The notes beneath the pieces were generated by a model. It made no database searches. It had not been told where the DNA came from and was given only the letters and a program-made list of their open reading frames with translations. This document shows, one piece after another, positions 23,884-40,761 of a DNA stretch of 64,000 bases. Location: NCBI RefSeq assembly GCF_057098645.1, contig NZ_CM169472.1. The stretch is one strand, 5' to 3'. How positions within the stretch are numbered: the first letter of the stretch is position 1; every line of letters starts with the position of its first letter. The position numbers and the translations under genes are program-made.

Positions 23884-26205
23884 ATGAAAAAATTAACCAT
23901 AGGCTTAATTGGTAATCCAAATTCTGGCAAGACAACCTTATTTAACCAGCTCACTGGCGCACGTCAGCGTGTAGGTAACTGGGCTGGCGTTACCGTCGAA
24001 CGTAAAGAAGGGCAATTCTCCACCACCGATCATCAGGTCACGCTGGTGGATCTGCCCGGCACCTATTCTCTGACCACTATCTCATCGCAGACCTCGCTCG
24101 ATGAGCAAATCGCCTGTCACTACATTTTGAGTGGCGACGCCGACCTGCTGATTAACGTGGTGGATGCGTCTAACCTTGAGCGTAACCTGTACCTGACGCT
24201 ACAACTGCTGGAACTCGGCATTCCCTGCATCGTGGCGCTGAACATGCTCGACATTGCCGAGAAGCAAAATATTCGTATTGAAATTGATGCTCTGTCGGCG
24301 CGTCTTGGCTGCCCGGTGATCCCGCTGGTTTCAACCCGTGGTCGCGGTATTGAAGCGCTCAAGCTGGCGATTGATCGCTATAAAGCTAACGAAAATGTGG
24401 AACTGGTGCATTACGCTCAGCCGCTGCTCAACGAAGCAGATTCACTGGCAAAAGTGATGCCTTCCGACATCCCGCTGAAACAACGTCGCTGGCTGGGCCT
24501 GCAAATGCTGGAAGGCGATATCTACAGCCGCGCCTACGCCGGTGAAGCGTCGCAGCATCTGGATGCCGCCCTCGCCCGTCTGCGTAATGAGATGGACGAT
24601 CCGGCGCTGCACATTGCCGATGCGCGTTACCAGTGCATTGCTGCCATCTGTGATGTGGTAAGCAACACCCTGACGGCAGAACCCAGCCGTTTCACCACTG
24701 CGGTAGATAAAATCGTGCTCAACCGTTTCCTCGGTCTGCCGATTTTCCTCTTTGTGATGTACCTGATGTTCCTGCTGGCTATCAACATCGGCGGGGCGTT
24801 ACAGCCGCTGTTTGACGTCGGCTCCGTGGCGCTATTTGTGCATGGTATTCAATGGATTGGCTACACGCTCCACTTCCCGGACTGGCTGACTATCTTCCTC
24901 GCCCAGGGCCTGGGTGGTGGTATTAACACCGTGCTGCCACTGGTGCCGCAGATCGGCATGATGTACCTGTTCCTCTCCTTCCTTGAGGACTCCGGCTATA
25001 TGGCGCGTGCGGCGTTTGTGATGGACCGCCTGATGCAGGCGCTGGGCTTGCCGGGGAAATCCTTTGTGCCGCTGATCGTCGGTTTCGGTTGTAACGTACC
25101 GTCGGTAATGGGCGCACGTACGCTTGATGCACCGCGTGAACGTCTGATGACCATCATGATGGCACCGTTTATGTCCTGCGGCGCGCGTCTGGCTATCTTC
25201 GCGGTATTCGCGGCTGCCTTCTTCGGGCAGAACGGTGCGCTGGCGGTCTTCTCGCTGTATATGCTGGGTATCGTAATGGCGGTGCTGACTGGCCTGATGC
25301 TCAAGTACACCATCATGCGCGGTGAAGCGACGCCGTTTGTCATGGAGCTGCCGGTCTACCATGTACCACACGTTAAAAGCCTGATTATCCAGACCTGGCA
25401 GCGCCTGAAAGGCTTCGTTCTGCGTGCTGGTAAAGTGATTATCATCGTCAGCATTTTCCTGAGCGCTTTCAACAGCTTCTCGTTGAGCGGGAAAATCGTC
25501 GATAACATCAACGACTCGGCGCTGGCTTCCGTCAGCCGGGTGATCACCCCGGTCTTCAAGCCGATTGGCGTGCATGAAGATAACTGGCAGGCAACAGTTG
25601 GCCTGTTTACGGGTGCAATGGCGAAAGAAGTGGTGGTGGGTACACTCAACACCCTCTACACCGCAGAAAATATTCAGGACGAAGAGTTCAATCCGGCGGA
25701 ATTTAACCTCGGTGAAGAGTTGTTCAGCGCGGTAGATGAAACCTGGCAGAGCCTGAAAGACACCTTCAGCCTTAGCGTACTAATGAACCCCATTGAAGCT
25801 AGCAAAGGCGACGGCGAAATGGGTACCGGGGCGATGGGTGTGATGGATCAGAAATTCGGTAGCGCAGCTGCCGCATACAGCTACCTGATTTTCGTCCTGC
25901 TGTATGTACCGTGCATCTCGGTGATGGGAGCCATCGCCCGTGAATCAAGCCGTGGCTGGATGGGCTTCTCCATCCTGTGGGGGCTGAATATCGCTTACTC
26001 ACTGGCAACATTGTTCTATCAGGTCGCCAGCTACAGTCAGCACCCAACTTACAGCCTGGTGTGCATTCTGGCGGTAATCCTGTTTAACTTCGTAGTTATC
26101 GGTCTGCTGCGCCGCGCGCGTAGCCGGGTGGATATCGAACTGCTGGCAACCCGCAAGTCGGTAAGTAGTTGCTGCGCAGCCAGCACCACCGGTGATTGCC
26201 ATTAA
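23884..26205 (+). CDS. feoB: Ferrous iron transporter B (G-protein-coupled permease)
   Basis: ORF 23872..26205 trimmed to [25 protein letters not shown] (G1 motif), 773 aa. Confidence 0.96.
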   Translation: MKKLTIGLIGNPNSGKTTLFNQLTGARQRVGNWAGVTVERKEGQFSTTDHQVTLVDLPGTYSLTTISSQTSLDEQIACHYILSGDADLLINVVDASNLERNLYLTLQLLELGIPCIVALNMLDIAEKQNIRIEIDALSARLGCPVIPLVSTRGRGIEALKLAIDRYKANENVELVHYAQPLLNEADSLAKVMPSDIPLKQRRWLGLQMLEGDIYSRAYAGEASQHLDAALARLRNEMDDPALHIADARYQCIAAICDVVSNTLTAEPSRFTTAVDKIVLNRFLGLPIFLFVMYLMFLLAINIGGALQPLFDVGSVALFVHGIQWIGYTLHFPDWLTIFLAQGLGGGINTVLPLVPQIGMMYLFLSFLEDSGYMARAAFVMDRLMQALGLPGKSFVPLIVGFGCNVPSVMGARTLDAPRERLMTIMMAPFMSCGARLAIFAVFAAAFFGQNGALAVFSLYMLGIVMAVLTGLMLKYTIMRGEATPFVMELPVYHVPHVKSLIIQTWQRLKGFVLRAGKVIIIVSIFLSAFNSFSLSGKIVDNINDSALASVSRVITPVFKPIGVHEDNWQATVGLFTGAMAKEVVVGTLNTLYTAENIQDEEFNPAEFNLGEELFSAVDETWQSLKDTFSLSVLMNPIEASKGDGEMGTGAMGVMDQKFGSAAAAYSYLIFVLLYVPCISVMGAIARESSRGWMGFSILWGLNIAYSLATLFYQVASYSQHPTYSLVCILAVILFNFVVIGLLRRARSRVDIELLATRKSVSSCCAASTTGDCH

Positions 26206-26441
26206 TGGCTTCACTTATTCAGGTACGTGATTTGCTGGCGTTACGGGGCCGTATGGAAGCGGCCCAGATAAGCCAGACATTGAACACTCCACAGCCAATG
26301 ATTAACGCCATGCTGCAACAACTGGAAAGTATGGGCAAAGCCGTGCGGATTCAGGAAGAACCTGACGGCTGCCTCTCCGGCAGTTGTAAAAGCTGTCCGG
26401 AAGGAAAAGCCTGTCTGCGCGAGTGGTGGGCGCTGCGTTAA
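26205..26441 (+). CDS. feoC: FeoC
   Basis: ATG at 26205 overlaps the feoB stop codon (taATG); [24 protein letters not shown]..., 78 aa, with a four-Cys cluster. Confidence 0.9.
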   Translation: MASLIQVRDLLALRGRMEAAQISQTLNTPQPMINAMLQQLESMGKAVRIQEEPDGCLSGSCKSCPEGKACLREWWALR

Positions 26442-26463
26442 CCATACTCCATCGCCTGTTTTG

Positions 26464-26498
26464 AAAAGCCCGGTATGCGTTTGCATCCGGGCTTTTTT
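26464..26498 (+). terminator. Intrinsic terminator after feoC
   Basis: Stem GCCCGG / CCGGGC with 13-nt loop followed by TTTTTT. Confidence 0.65.
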
Positions 26499-26643
26499 GC
26501 GTGCGGCTTTCCATAAAAATGCAATTCTTGCAGCTCGACGTAAGTTCCTCTGAAAGCGTCTCGCAGGGATGAAAACTGGCTAATGCACAGGTGTGGAGTG
26601 GCGCGTAGAGTCGCGGCATTCAAACAACAGGTGAAGGAACGCC

Positions 26644-27522
26644 ATGAGCAAAAAGCAGAGTTCCACCCCACACGATGCGCTGTTCAAACTCTTTTTACGC
26701 CAACCGGAGACGGCACGCGATTTTCTTGCGTTTCATTTACCGGCACCCATTCACGCGCTCTGTGATATGAAAACCCTCAAGCTGGAGTCGAGCAGCTTTA
26801 TTGATGACGATCTGCGTGAAAGCTATTCCGACGTGCTGTGGTCGGTGAAAACGGAACAAGGACCAGGATACATCTATTGTCTGATTGAACATCAAAGCAC
26901 CTCAAACAAATTGATCGCATTCCGCATGATGCGTTACGCCATTGCCGCAATGCAAAATCACCTTGATGCCGGATACAAAACGTTGCCGATGGTGGTGCCA
27001 TTGTTGTTTTATCACGGTATTGAAAGCCCCTATCCCTATTCGCTGTGTTGGCTGGATTGTTTCGCCGATCCCAAACTGGCAAGGCAGCTTTATGCCTCCG
27101 CATTTCCGCTGATTGATGTCACCGTCATGCCTGATGATGAAATCATGCAGCACCGACGTATGGCGCTGCTGGAGTTAATTCAAAAACATATTCGTCAACG
27201 CGACCTGATGGGGCTGGTAGAGCAAATGGCCTGCTTATTAAGTAGTGGATACGCTAATGACAGACAAATCAAAGGGCTGTTTAATTACATCTTGCAAACC
27301 GGCGATGCGGTACGTTTTAACGATTTTATCGACGGCGTTGCCGAACGTTCACCGAAACACAAGGAGAGTTTAATGACTATTGCGGAAAGATTGCGGCAGG
27401 AGGGGTTTCAGAAAGGTATACGTACTATTGCCAAAACCATGCTGGATGCCGGAGTCCCTCTTGAGGACGTTCTGCGATTTACCGGGCTGTCAGAGGAAGA
27501 ATTGGCTGCGGCGAGCCAGTAG
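26644..27522 (+). CDS. yhgA: Rpn-family recombination-promoting nuclease YhgA (PD-(D/E)XK, transposase_31-like)
   Basis: 292 aa [31 protein letters not shown]...; size and sequence as recalled for YhgA/RpnA. Confidence 0.9.
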   Translation: MSKKQSSTPHDALFKLFLRQPETARDFLAFHLPAPIHALCDMKTLKLESSSFIDDDLRESYSDVLWSVKTEQGPGYIYCLIEHQSTSNKLIAFRMMRYAIAAMQNHLDAGYKTLPMVVPLLFYHGIESPYPYSLCWLDCFADPKLARQLYASAFPLIDVTVMPDDEIMQHRRMALLELIQKHIRQRDLMGLVEQMACLLSSGYANDRQIKGLFNYILQTGDAVRFNDFIDGVAERSPKHKESLMTIAERLRQEGFQKGIRTIAKTMLDAGVPLEDVLRFTGLSEEELAAASQ

Positions 27523-27537
27523 ACACTATCCCCTGCT

Positions 27538-27584
27538 TAAGTGCTACTTTGTGCTATCTTGCATGTAACACAAAGTAGCACTTA
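27538..27584. promoter_or_regulatory. Perfect 16-bp inverted repeat (TAAGTGCTACTTTGTG - 15 nt - CACAAAGTAGCACTTA) upstream of the antitoxin start
   Basis: Arms at 27538-27553 and 27569-27584 are exact reverse complements; right arm ends 10 bp before the antitoxin ATG (AGGAA ribosome-binding site at 27584-27588). Candidate operator or repeat element. Confidence 0.5.
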
Positions 27585-27593
27585 GGAACTGAT

Positions 27594-27863
27594 ATGCAGA
27601 CAGTGAAATTACGGCAACAAGGAGGAGCCATAATCGTTACTATCCCACGAGATCTTGCCACCGATCTTGGCTGGTCACCGGGCACAGAGCTTACCGTGGA
27701 GAAAAAGGGCGATAGCGTTAATTTGCGCGCCACAGAGCACAAACCTCGTGGGCGTCTTACCGTCGCGCAGTTGTTGAGCCAGATCGATGAAAACGAAATT
27801 AAGGCCTTAAATCAGTCCTCAGAAGGATGGGCTGAAGAGAAAAAAGGTAATGAAGCATGGTAA
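27594..27863 (+). CDS. MazE/ChpS-like (AbrB/SpoVT-fold) type II antitoxin
   Basis: 89 aa ORF MQTVKLRQQGGAIIVTIPRDLATDLGW...; swapped-hairpin-type N-terminus and acidic C-terminus; stop overlaps the downstream toxin start. Confidence 0.8.
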   Translation: MQTVKLRQQGGAIIVTIPRDLATDLGWSPGTELTVEKKGDSVNLRATEHKPRGRLTVAQLLSQIDENEIKALNQSSEGWAEEKKGNEAW

Positions 27864-28225
27864 AGGCACGGACGCCACATCGTGGTGAGATCTGGTGTTT
27901 TAACCCTGATCCGGTTGCCGGGCATGAACTTCGGGGTCCACATTATTGCATTGTGGTAACGGACAAAGAGCTCAACAATGTTTTAAAAGTTGCTATGTGC
28001 TGCCCGATTTCAACAGGGGCAAATGCGGCACGTTCCTCAGGGGTGACGGTGAACGTCCTCCCCCATGATACGCAAACCGGTAACCTGCATGGCGTTGTGC
28101 TCTGTCACCAGCTAAAAGCTGTCGATCTTATTGCCCGTGGCGCTAAATTTCATACCGTTGCCGATGAAGCATTGATTAGTGAGGTGATCGGTAAACTGGT
28201 GAATTTAATCGACCCACAACAGTAG
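27857..28225 (+). CDS. MazF/PemK/ChpB-family endoribonuclease toxin
   Basis: 122 aa ORF MVKARTPHRGEIWCFNPDPVAGHELRGPHYCIVV...HGVVLCHQLKAVDL; pattern parallels ChpBK/MazF (RGDIVLV.FDP..GHE...P.T......G.HGVVL.NQ....D); ATG overlaps the antitoxin stop (ATGGTAA). Confidence 0.82.
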   Translation: MVKARTPHRGEIWCFNPDPVAGHELRGPHYCIVVTDKELNNVLKVAMCCPISTGANAARSSGVTVNVLPHDTQTGNLHGVVLCHQLKAVDLIARGAKFHTVADEALISEVIGKLVNLIDPQQ

Positions 28226-28239
28226 CCCTGACTTACCAC

Positions 28240-29731
<1,492 letters not shown>

Positions 29732-29789
29732 AGCCTCGATGATGGGCGTATTATAACCAACTAAAATAGTCAACTATTAGGCCATTACT

Positions 29790-30365
29790 ATGATCCGTAT
29801 TTCCGATGCTGCACAAGCGCACTTTGCCAAACTGCTGGCAAACCAGGAAGAAGGGACACAAATCCGCGTATTTGTGATTAACCCTGGCACGCCTAACGCT
29901 GAATGTGGTGTTTCTTATTGTCCGCCGGATGCCGTGGAAGCCACCGACACTGCCCTGAAATTTGACCTGCTGACCGCGTATGTTGATGAGTTAAGCGCAC
30001 CATACCTGGAAGATGCAGAGATCGATTTTGTTACCGACCAGTTGGGCTCTCAGCTAACACTGAAAGCGCCTAACGCCAAAATGCGTAAAGTGGCAGACGA
30101 TGCACCACTGATGGAGCGCGTGGAGTATATGCTGCAGTCGCAGATCAACCCACAGCTTGCTGGTCACGGTGGCCGCGTTTCACTGATGGAAATCACCGAA
30201 GACGGTTACGCCATTCTGCAATTTGGCGGCGGCTGTAACGGTTGTTCCATGGTCGATGTGACGCTGAAAGAAGGGATCGAGAAGCAGCTGCTAAACGAAT
30301 TCCCGGAGCTGAAAGGTGTGCGCGATCTCACCGAACACCAGCGCGGCGAACACTCCTACTACTAA
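29790..30365 (+). CDS. nfuA: Fe/S biogenesis protein NfuA
   Basis: 191 aa [44 protein letters not shown]... with C-terminal CxxC (GGGCNGC). Confidence 0.95.
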
Positions 30366-30421
<56 letters not shown>

Positions 30422-30548
30422 ACGTTGAACATGTGCCAGACGTTGGCGCAGCATTGCTTTGGCAAATCCCTCCCTTCGTTTCCCCGCGATAATATGACCA
30501 ACCTCTCATAATTTAAATTTACCCCGCTCTAGTGATTCTCAAACGCCA

Positions 30549-30583
30549 GATGTTACCCGTATCATTCACATGGGTACCAAACA
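30549..30583. promoter_or_regulatory. Putative GntR operator in the gntT promoter
   Basis: atgttacccgtatcattcacatgggtaccaaacat contains the ATGTTACCC half-site type; a second GTTACCCATAAC-like site lies at 30688-30709 near the gntT start. Confidence 0.4.
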
Positions 30584-30725
30584 TACTCCTGACATCTGAC
30601 TACAATAATTAGTTTTAGTGGGTATCAGTCGTGGTGCCGCAATATCTCTGTTCCCGATTGGGATAATTAGAGTTTGTCGTCAGAAAATTGACGTTACCCA
30701 TAACAAATGAAAGGCCAGGTAAATC

Positions 30726-32042
30726 ATGCCATTAGTCATTGTTGCTATCGGTGTAATCTTGTTGTTGCTCCTGATGATCCGCTTCAAAATGAACGGCTTC
30801 ATCGCTCTCGTCCTCGTGGCGCTTGCTGTTGGATTAATGCAAGGAATGCCGCTGGATAAAGTTATTGGCTCCATCAAAGCCGGTGTCGGCGGGACGCTCG
30901 GTAGCCTTGCCCTGATCATGGGTTTTGGCGCAATGCTGGGCAAAATGCTGGCAGACTGCGGTGGCGCACAACGTATCGCCACCACGCTGATTGCCAAATT
31001 TGGTAAAAAACACATCCAGTGGGCGGTGGTACTGACCGGTTTTACCGTTGGTTTTGCCCTGTTCTATGAAGTGGGCTTTGTGCTGATGCTGCCGCTGGTG
31101 TTTACCATCGCGGCTTCCGCGAATATTCCACTGCTGTATGTTGGTGTACCAATGGCAGCTGCACTGTCTGTGACCCACGGCTTCCTGCCACCGCATCCGG
31201 GCCCGACTGCGATTGCCACCATTTTCAATGCCGACATGGGTAAAACCCTGCTGTACGGTACTATTCTGGCAATCCCGACCGTGATTCTCGCCGGTCCGGT
31301 TTACGCTCGCGTGTTGAAAGGTATCGATAAGCCAATTCCGGAAGGTCTCTACAGCGCGAAAACCTTCAGCGAAGAAGAGATGCCGAGCTTTGGCGTCAGC
31401 GTCTGGACCTCTCTGGTGCCGGTAGTACTGATGGCGATGCGTGCGATTGCCGAAATGATCCTGCCGAAAGGTCACGCTTTCCTGCCGGTAGCGGAGTTCC
31501 TCGGTGACCCGGTAATGGCTACGCTGATTGCCGTGCTGATTGCGATGTTCACCTTTGGTCTAAACCGTGGTCGTTCAATGGATCAGATTAACGACACGCT
31601 GGTTTCTTCCATCAAAATCATTGCGATGATGCTGTTGATCATCGGTGGTGGCGGTGCGTTCAAGCAGGTGCTGGTAGACAGCGGCGTGGACAAATACATT
31701 GCTTCCATGATGCACGAAACCAACATTTCTCCGCTGCTGATGGCCTGGTCGATTGCTGCCGTACTGCGTATCGCGCTGGGTTCCGCAACCGTTGCGGCAA
31801 TCACTGCGGGTGGTATCGCGGCACCGCTGATTGCAACGACGGGTGTTAGCCCGGAGCTGATGGTTATTGCGGTTGGTTCCGGTAGTGTGATTTTCTCTCA
31901 TGTGAACGATCCGGGCTTCTGGCTGTTCAAAGAGTACTTTAACCTGACTATCGGCGAGACCATCAAATCCTGGTCGATGCTGGAAACCATTATCTCGGTG
32001 TGCGGTCTGGTAGGCTGTCTGCTGCTGAATATGGTGATTTGA
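30726..32042 (+). CDS. gntT: High-affinity gluconate transporter GntT (GntP family)
   Basis: 438 aa polytopic membrane ORF MPLVIVAIGVILLLLLMIRFKMNGFIALVLVALAVGL... Confidence 0.95.
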   Translation: MPLVIVAIGVILLLLLMIRFKMNGFIALVLVALAVGLMQGMPLDKVIGSIKAGVGGTLGSLALIMGFGAMLGKMLADCGGAQRIATTLIAKFGKKHIQWAVVLTGFTVGFALFYEVGFVLMLPLVFTIAASANIPLLYVGVPMAAALSVTHGFLPPHPGPTAIATIFNADMGKTLLYGTILAIPTVILAGPVYARVLKGIDKPIPEGLYSAKTFSEEEMPSFGVSVWTSLVPVVLMAMRAIAEMILPKGHAFLPVAEFLGDPVMATLIAVLIAMFTFGLNRGRSMDQINDTLVSSIKIIAMMLLIIGGGGAFKQVLVDSGVDKYIASMMHETNISPLLMAWSIAAVLRIALGSATVAAITAGGIAAPLIATTGVSPELMVIAVGSGSVIFSHVNDPGFWLFKEYFNLTIGETIKSWSMLETIISVCGLVGCLLLNMVI

Positions 32043-32053
32043 TAACACTGACT

Positions 32054-32074
32054 GCCGGATGCATCGCATCCGGC
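32054..32074. terminator. Hairpin between convergent gntT and malQ (9-bp perfect stem GCCGGATGC / GCATCCGGC)
   Basis: Perfect dyad with 3-nt loop; no strong T-run, so possibly REP-like rather than a canonical terminator. Confidence 0.4.
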
Positions 32075-32086
32075 ATCAACCGCACT

Positions 32087-34171
32087 CTACTTCTTCTTCG
32101 CTGCAGCTCTGCGCCGTCTGTCCAAATCCTTCAGCAACTTGTTCACGCCATCATCGGCAAACATCGTCTCAAGCGTTGCGGAAAGCTTGCGTCGCCAGTT
32201 TTTATACTGGTAACTGGTGCCAGGAATATTCACCGGTTCGGCCATATCCAGCCAGTCTTCCGGCTGTAGTCCTAACAGAGCACTGTTACTGTCGGCAATG
32301 TAGCGCTGCAAACCACGGTTCAGCGTCGGCGTCATCGACATCAACGATGCCTTATGCCCGGCACGTTTTGGCAGACAACCATATTTATGCAGTGCATCCA
32401 GCAGCCCTTGCTTCGCCAGTTCGCGATCCTGATACAGACCGCGCAGTACCACTTCATCCGGATACAGCCCCAGGGTTTTGCCCAGAGTTAGATCCCCGCT
32501 CTCCCAGTAGCCGCGTAGCGTAGGCAGGTCATGTGTCGCCGCAACCGCCATCGACTGCTCCGGATACGCTTTCGGTGCACGGAACGTCTTCTCGTGGTCG
32601 TTTTCGAAATAGAGCACTTTGTAGGAGTACACACCGCTGCTGCGCAGCTTACCGACAATCTCTACCGGTACGGTACCGAGATCTTCACCAATCACCATAC
32701 AGCGATGACGTTTACTTTCGAGTGCCAGAATCGAGAGCAGATCATCCACCGGATAGTGAACATACGCGCCCTGATCCGCCGTCTCGCCATACGGTATCCA
32801 CCACAAACGCAGCATCGACATCACATGGTCAATTCGTAATGCGCCGCAGTTTTGCATATTGGCACGCAACAGCTCGATAAACGGTTCATAGGCACGCGCG
32901 GTGATGATATGCGGGTCCATTGGCGGTAATCCCCAGTTCTGCCCCAACGGGCCGAGGATATCCGGCGGCGCGCCAACCGACGCTTTCAGGCAATATAGTT
33001 CACGGTCACACCAGGTTTCCGCCCCACCTTCCGCTACGCCAACCGCCAGATCACGATACAAGCCAATCGGCATTTCATAGCCCTGGCTTATCTCCCAGCA
33101 GGCGGCAAACTGGCTGTAAGCCAGCCACTGCAGCCAGAGATAAAAATCAACGTCATCGCGATGTTCTTCGCAGAACTGACGCACTTCTGGTGAATCCACG
33201 TTCTGATACATCTCTGGCCATGCAGGCCAGCCCCAGCGCATTTCGTCCTCTTTCACTTGCTGGGCATGTAGCGCATCAAAGGCTGCCTGCCAGAACAGGC
33301 TGTCGCCTTGATCTGCAACAAACTGGCGAAACGCGGCCATCTGCTCATCATCACGTTGCGCGAAACCTTTCCACGCCATTCGTAATGCTGTCATTTTTAG
33401 GGCGGTAACCGTGGAGTAATCGACCCAGTCGGCATCCCGCGCCTGTTGCAGCGTCTGTTGCGTGGTCGGCAACTGCCACCAGGCCTGAGCCTCTTCGCTA
33501 AGATGGAAATCTTCGACGGCGTTAACGTCGATATAAATCACATTCAGCCAACGGCGAGAAGACGGGCTGTATGGGCTGGCACTCTCCGGATTTGCCGGAT
33601 AGAGCGCATGAATCGGGTTCAGGCCGATGAACGACCCGCCACGTTTTGCCACATCCACCAGCATCGCTTTGAGATCGCCAAAATCCCCAATACCCCAGTT
33701 TTTTTCCGATCGCAGCGTATAAAGCTGGACGCAGGCACCCCACAGCTTTTGTTTATTCAGCAACGCCTGCGGTTCGTAACAGCGTTTCGGGGCGACAATC
33801 ACCCGGCAATGCGCGCGCTGGTCGTCCTGGGTGAGTGTCAGCGTGTGATAACCTTCCGGCAGCTTCGTCGGTAGATTGAACGCTTTGCCCCCCGTTACAT
33901 GGCCTTTGTACTGCGTTCCTTCTTCGGTGGTCAGCAGCCAGCTATATTCGCCGCTGCCCTCCACCACCATCGGCATTTTTTTGCCGCTGGTATAAACCAT
34001 GACATTCGGGACTGGCGTTACCGCCACTTTCGTGGCGGTACGTTGATGCATCGCGTCAAGCAAACGCCGTTTGGTTTCGGCGCTAATCGACTGCGGTTTA
34101 CCGTGGGCATTGATGTAATTGGGGCTAATCCCCGCCGCCAGCGCGGCATTATCCAGACGTTTGCTTTCCAT
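32087..34171 (-). CDS. malQ: 4-alpha-glucanotransferase (amylomaltase)
   Basis: 694 aa ORF MESKRLDNAALAAGISPNYINAHGKPQSISAETKRRL... Confidence 0.96.
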   Translation of the reverse strand: MESKRLDNAALAAGISPNYINAHGKPQSISAETKRRLLDAMHQRTATKVAVTPVPNVMVYTSGKKMPMVVEGSGEYSWLLTTEEGTQYKGHVTGGKAFNLPTKLPEGYHTLTLTQDDQRAHCRVIVAPKRCYEPQALLNKQKLWGACVQLYTLRSEKNWGIGDFGDLKAMLVDVAKRGGSFIGLNPIHALYPANPESASPYSPSSRRWLNVIYIDVNAVEDFHLSEEAQAWWQLPTTQQTLQQARDADWVDYSTVTALKMTALRMAWKGFAQRDDEQMAAFRQFVADQGDSLFWQAAFDALHAQQVKEDEMRWGWPAWPEMYQNVDSPEVRQFCEEHRDDVDFYLWLQWLAYSQFAACWEISQGYEMPIGLYRDLAVGVAEGGAETWCDRELYCLKASVGAPPDILGPLGQNWGLPPMDPHIITARAYEPFIELLRANMQNCGALRIDHVMSMLRLWWIPYGETADQGAYVHYPVDDLLSILALESKRHRCMVIGEDLGTVPVEIVGKLRSSGVYSYKVLYFENDHEKTFRAPKAYPEQSMAVAATHDLPTLRGYWESGDLTLGKTLGLYPDEVVLRGLYQDRELAKQGLLDALHKYGCLPKRAGHKASLMSMTPTLNRGLQRYIADSNSALLGLQPEDWLDMAEPVNIPGTSYQYKNWRRKLSATLETMFADDGVNKLLKDLDRRRRAAAKKK

Positions 34172-34180
34172 CGAGCTTCC

Positions 34181-36598
<2,418 letters not shown>

Positions 36599-36640
36599 TC
36601 AACACAACGTTATCGCTAGTTTGCCAGGCTCGATGTTGAC

Positions 36641-36690
36641 CTTCCTCATCCTGCGGGGGATTAGGCAGGGAGGAGTTGCGGGGATGAGCA
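36641..36690. promoter_or_regulatory. MalT box cluster in the malP promoter
   Basis: GGATGAGG (complement of cctcatcc at 36644-36651), GGGGATTAGG (36654-36663) and GGGGATGAG (36680-36688) match the MalT box consensus GGGGA(T/G)GAGG, positioned upstream of malP. Confidence 0.55.
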
Positions 36691-37179
36691 AGGAAATGTG
36701 ATCTCAACCACTTAAAGCTAGTGCAAACCACAGGATTAGCAGCAAATCAATGCCATACAGCGCAGAAAATCTGTATCTAAGTGCAAAAAATGGCCGTTGC
36801 GTATTTTCAAAAAGCGGAAGGTAACTCTATAAATTAAGTAAAGGAGTGAAACAGTTTCACAAGTAAAATATCCAGTGTGCTCCATCTCATTCTTAATAGA
36901 TTTATTAAGATCATCTTTTTAGATAGCACTTTCATCAGGAATGAAGAAGAAACCCTTGCTTAAATGAATCTGATGAACATAAGGGAAACCAGTATTCACG
37001 CTGGATCAGCGTCGTTTTAGGTGAGTTGTTAATAAAGATTTGGAATTGTGACACAGTGCAAATTCAGACACATAAAAAAACGTCATCGCTTGCATTAGAA
37101 AGGTTTCTGGCCGACCTTATAACCATTAATTACGAAGCGCAAAAAAAATAATATTTCCTCATTTTCCACAGTGAAGTGA

Positions 37180-39891
<2,712 letters not shown>

Positions 39892-39951
39892 GTTTGTATA
39901 GCGTTTTTATGTACACTCTTTATACTGTATATAAAATCGCACTACAGGCTC

Positions 39952-40236
39952 ATGAATATGAAACCGGAAAGCAAAGAAGCGCCAATCAATATCAGAGCGA
40001 AAGCCTCACAGCGTGACCTGATTGATATGGCAGCGAATCTGGTCGCAAAATCGCGCACTGATTTTATGCTGGATGCCGCATGCCGTGAAGCGCAAGACAT
40101 CTTATTAGATCAACGACTATTCATCCTTGATGACGAGCAATACGATGCGTTTCTCGCTGCCCTGGACGCCCCCATCACTGCTGAGCGTCAGGCCAAAATT
40201 AACGCGTTGATGAATCGTAAATCGCCATGGGAATAA
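39952..40236 (+). CDS. DUF1778-type (RHH, TacA/AtaR/KacA-like) type II antitoxin
   Basis: 94 aa ORF MNMKPESKEAPINIRAKASQRDLIDMAANLVAKSRTDFMLDAACREAQDILLDQRLF...; closely parallels the TacA/AtaR antitoxin pattern; 3' end overlaps the toxin start. Confidence 0.82.
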   Translation: MNMKPESKEAPINIRAKASQRDLIDMAANLVAKSRTDFMLDAACREAQDILLDQRLFILDDEQYDAFLAALDAPITAERQAKINALMNRKSPWE

Positions 40237-40712
40237 CGGCTCCTACTCCCCTAACGTCTGAACATAATCTGGCTGACTTTTGCTGTTCCGATCACGGGAT
40301 GAATGAATGGCTAAAAAAGAAAGCGTTAAAAAATCACAGCACCGGTCTGTCTCGTGTTTACGTTATCTGTATTGTCAATACCCGCCAGGTAATCGGCTAT
40401 TACTGCCTTTCTACAGGCAGTATTCAACGTAATTTGGCCCCTGGAGCCATGCGACGTAATGCTCCCGAATCGTTGCCTGTTGTCGTATTAGGCAGACTGG
40501 CAATTGATCAAGCCTGGGCAGGTAAAGGGTTGGGCGTCGCATTGTTGAAAGATGCAGTCTATCGCACAATGTCCATAGCTCAACAGGTAGGGGTTCGTGC
40601 GCTCATTGTTCATGCCTTAGACGATTCAGTACGCAATTTCTATCTGAAGTATGCCTTTGTACCTTCACCATTCCAGTCACTTACCTTACTGTATCCCATT
40701 ACTCTGGAGTAA
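40227..40712 (+). CDS. GNAT-family acetyltransferase toxin (TacT/AtaT/ItaT/KacT-like; predicted aminoacyl-tRNA acetyltransferase)
   Basis: 161 aa ORF with acetyl-CoA binding motif region (VLGRLAIDQAWAGKGLGVALLKDAV) and overall pattern shared with TacT; ATG lies inside the antitoxin 3' end (CCATGGGAATAA). Confidence 0.82.
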   Translation: MGITAPTPLTSEHNLADFCCSDHGMNEWLKKKALKNHSTGLSRVYVICIVNTRQVIGYYCLSTGSIQRNLAPGAMRRNAPESLPVVVLGRLAIDQAWAGKGLGVALLKDAVYRTMSIAQQVGVRALIVHALDDSVRNFYLKYAFVPSPFQSLTLLYPITLE

Positions 40713-40761
40713 TTTACCTCTACCGGATAGTCACACTGATGAGTCTGATCCGGGAGGGATT

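Noticed and set aside
39911-39950. Possible LexA (SOS) box near tatactgtatataaaatcgcactacag upstream of the DUF1778 antitoxin
   Set aside because: CTG and CAG are separated by 17 nt rather than the 10 nt required by the CTG-N10-CAG consensus; more likely part of the TA promoter/operator.
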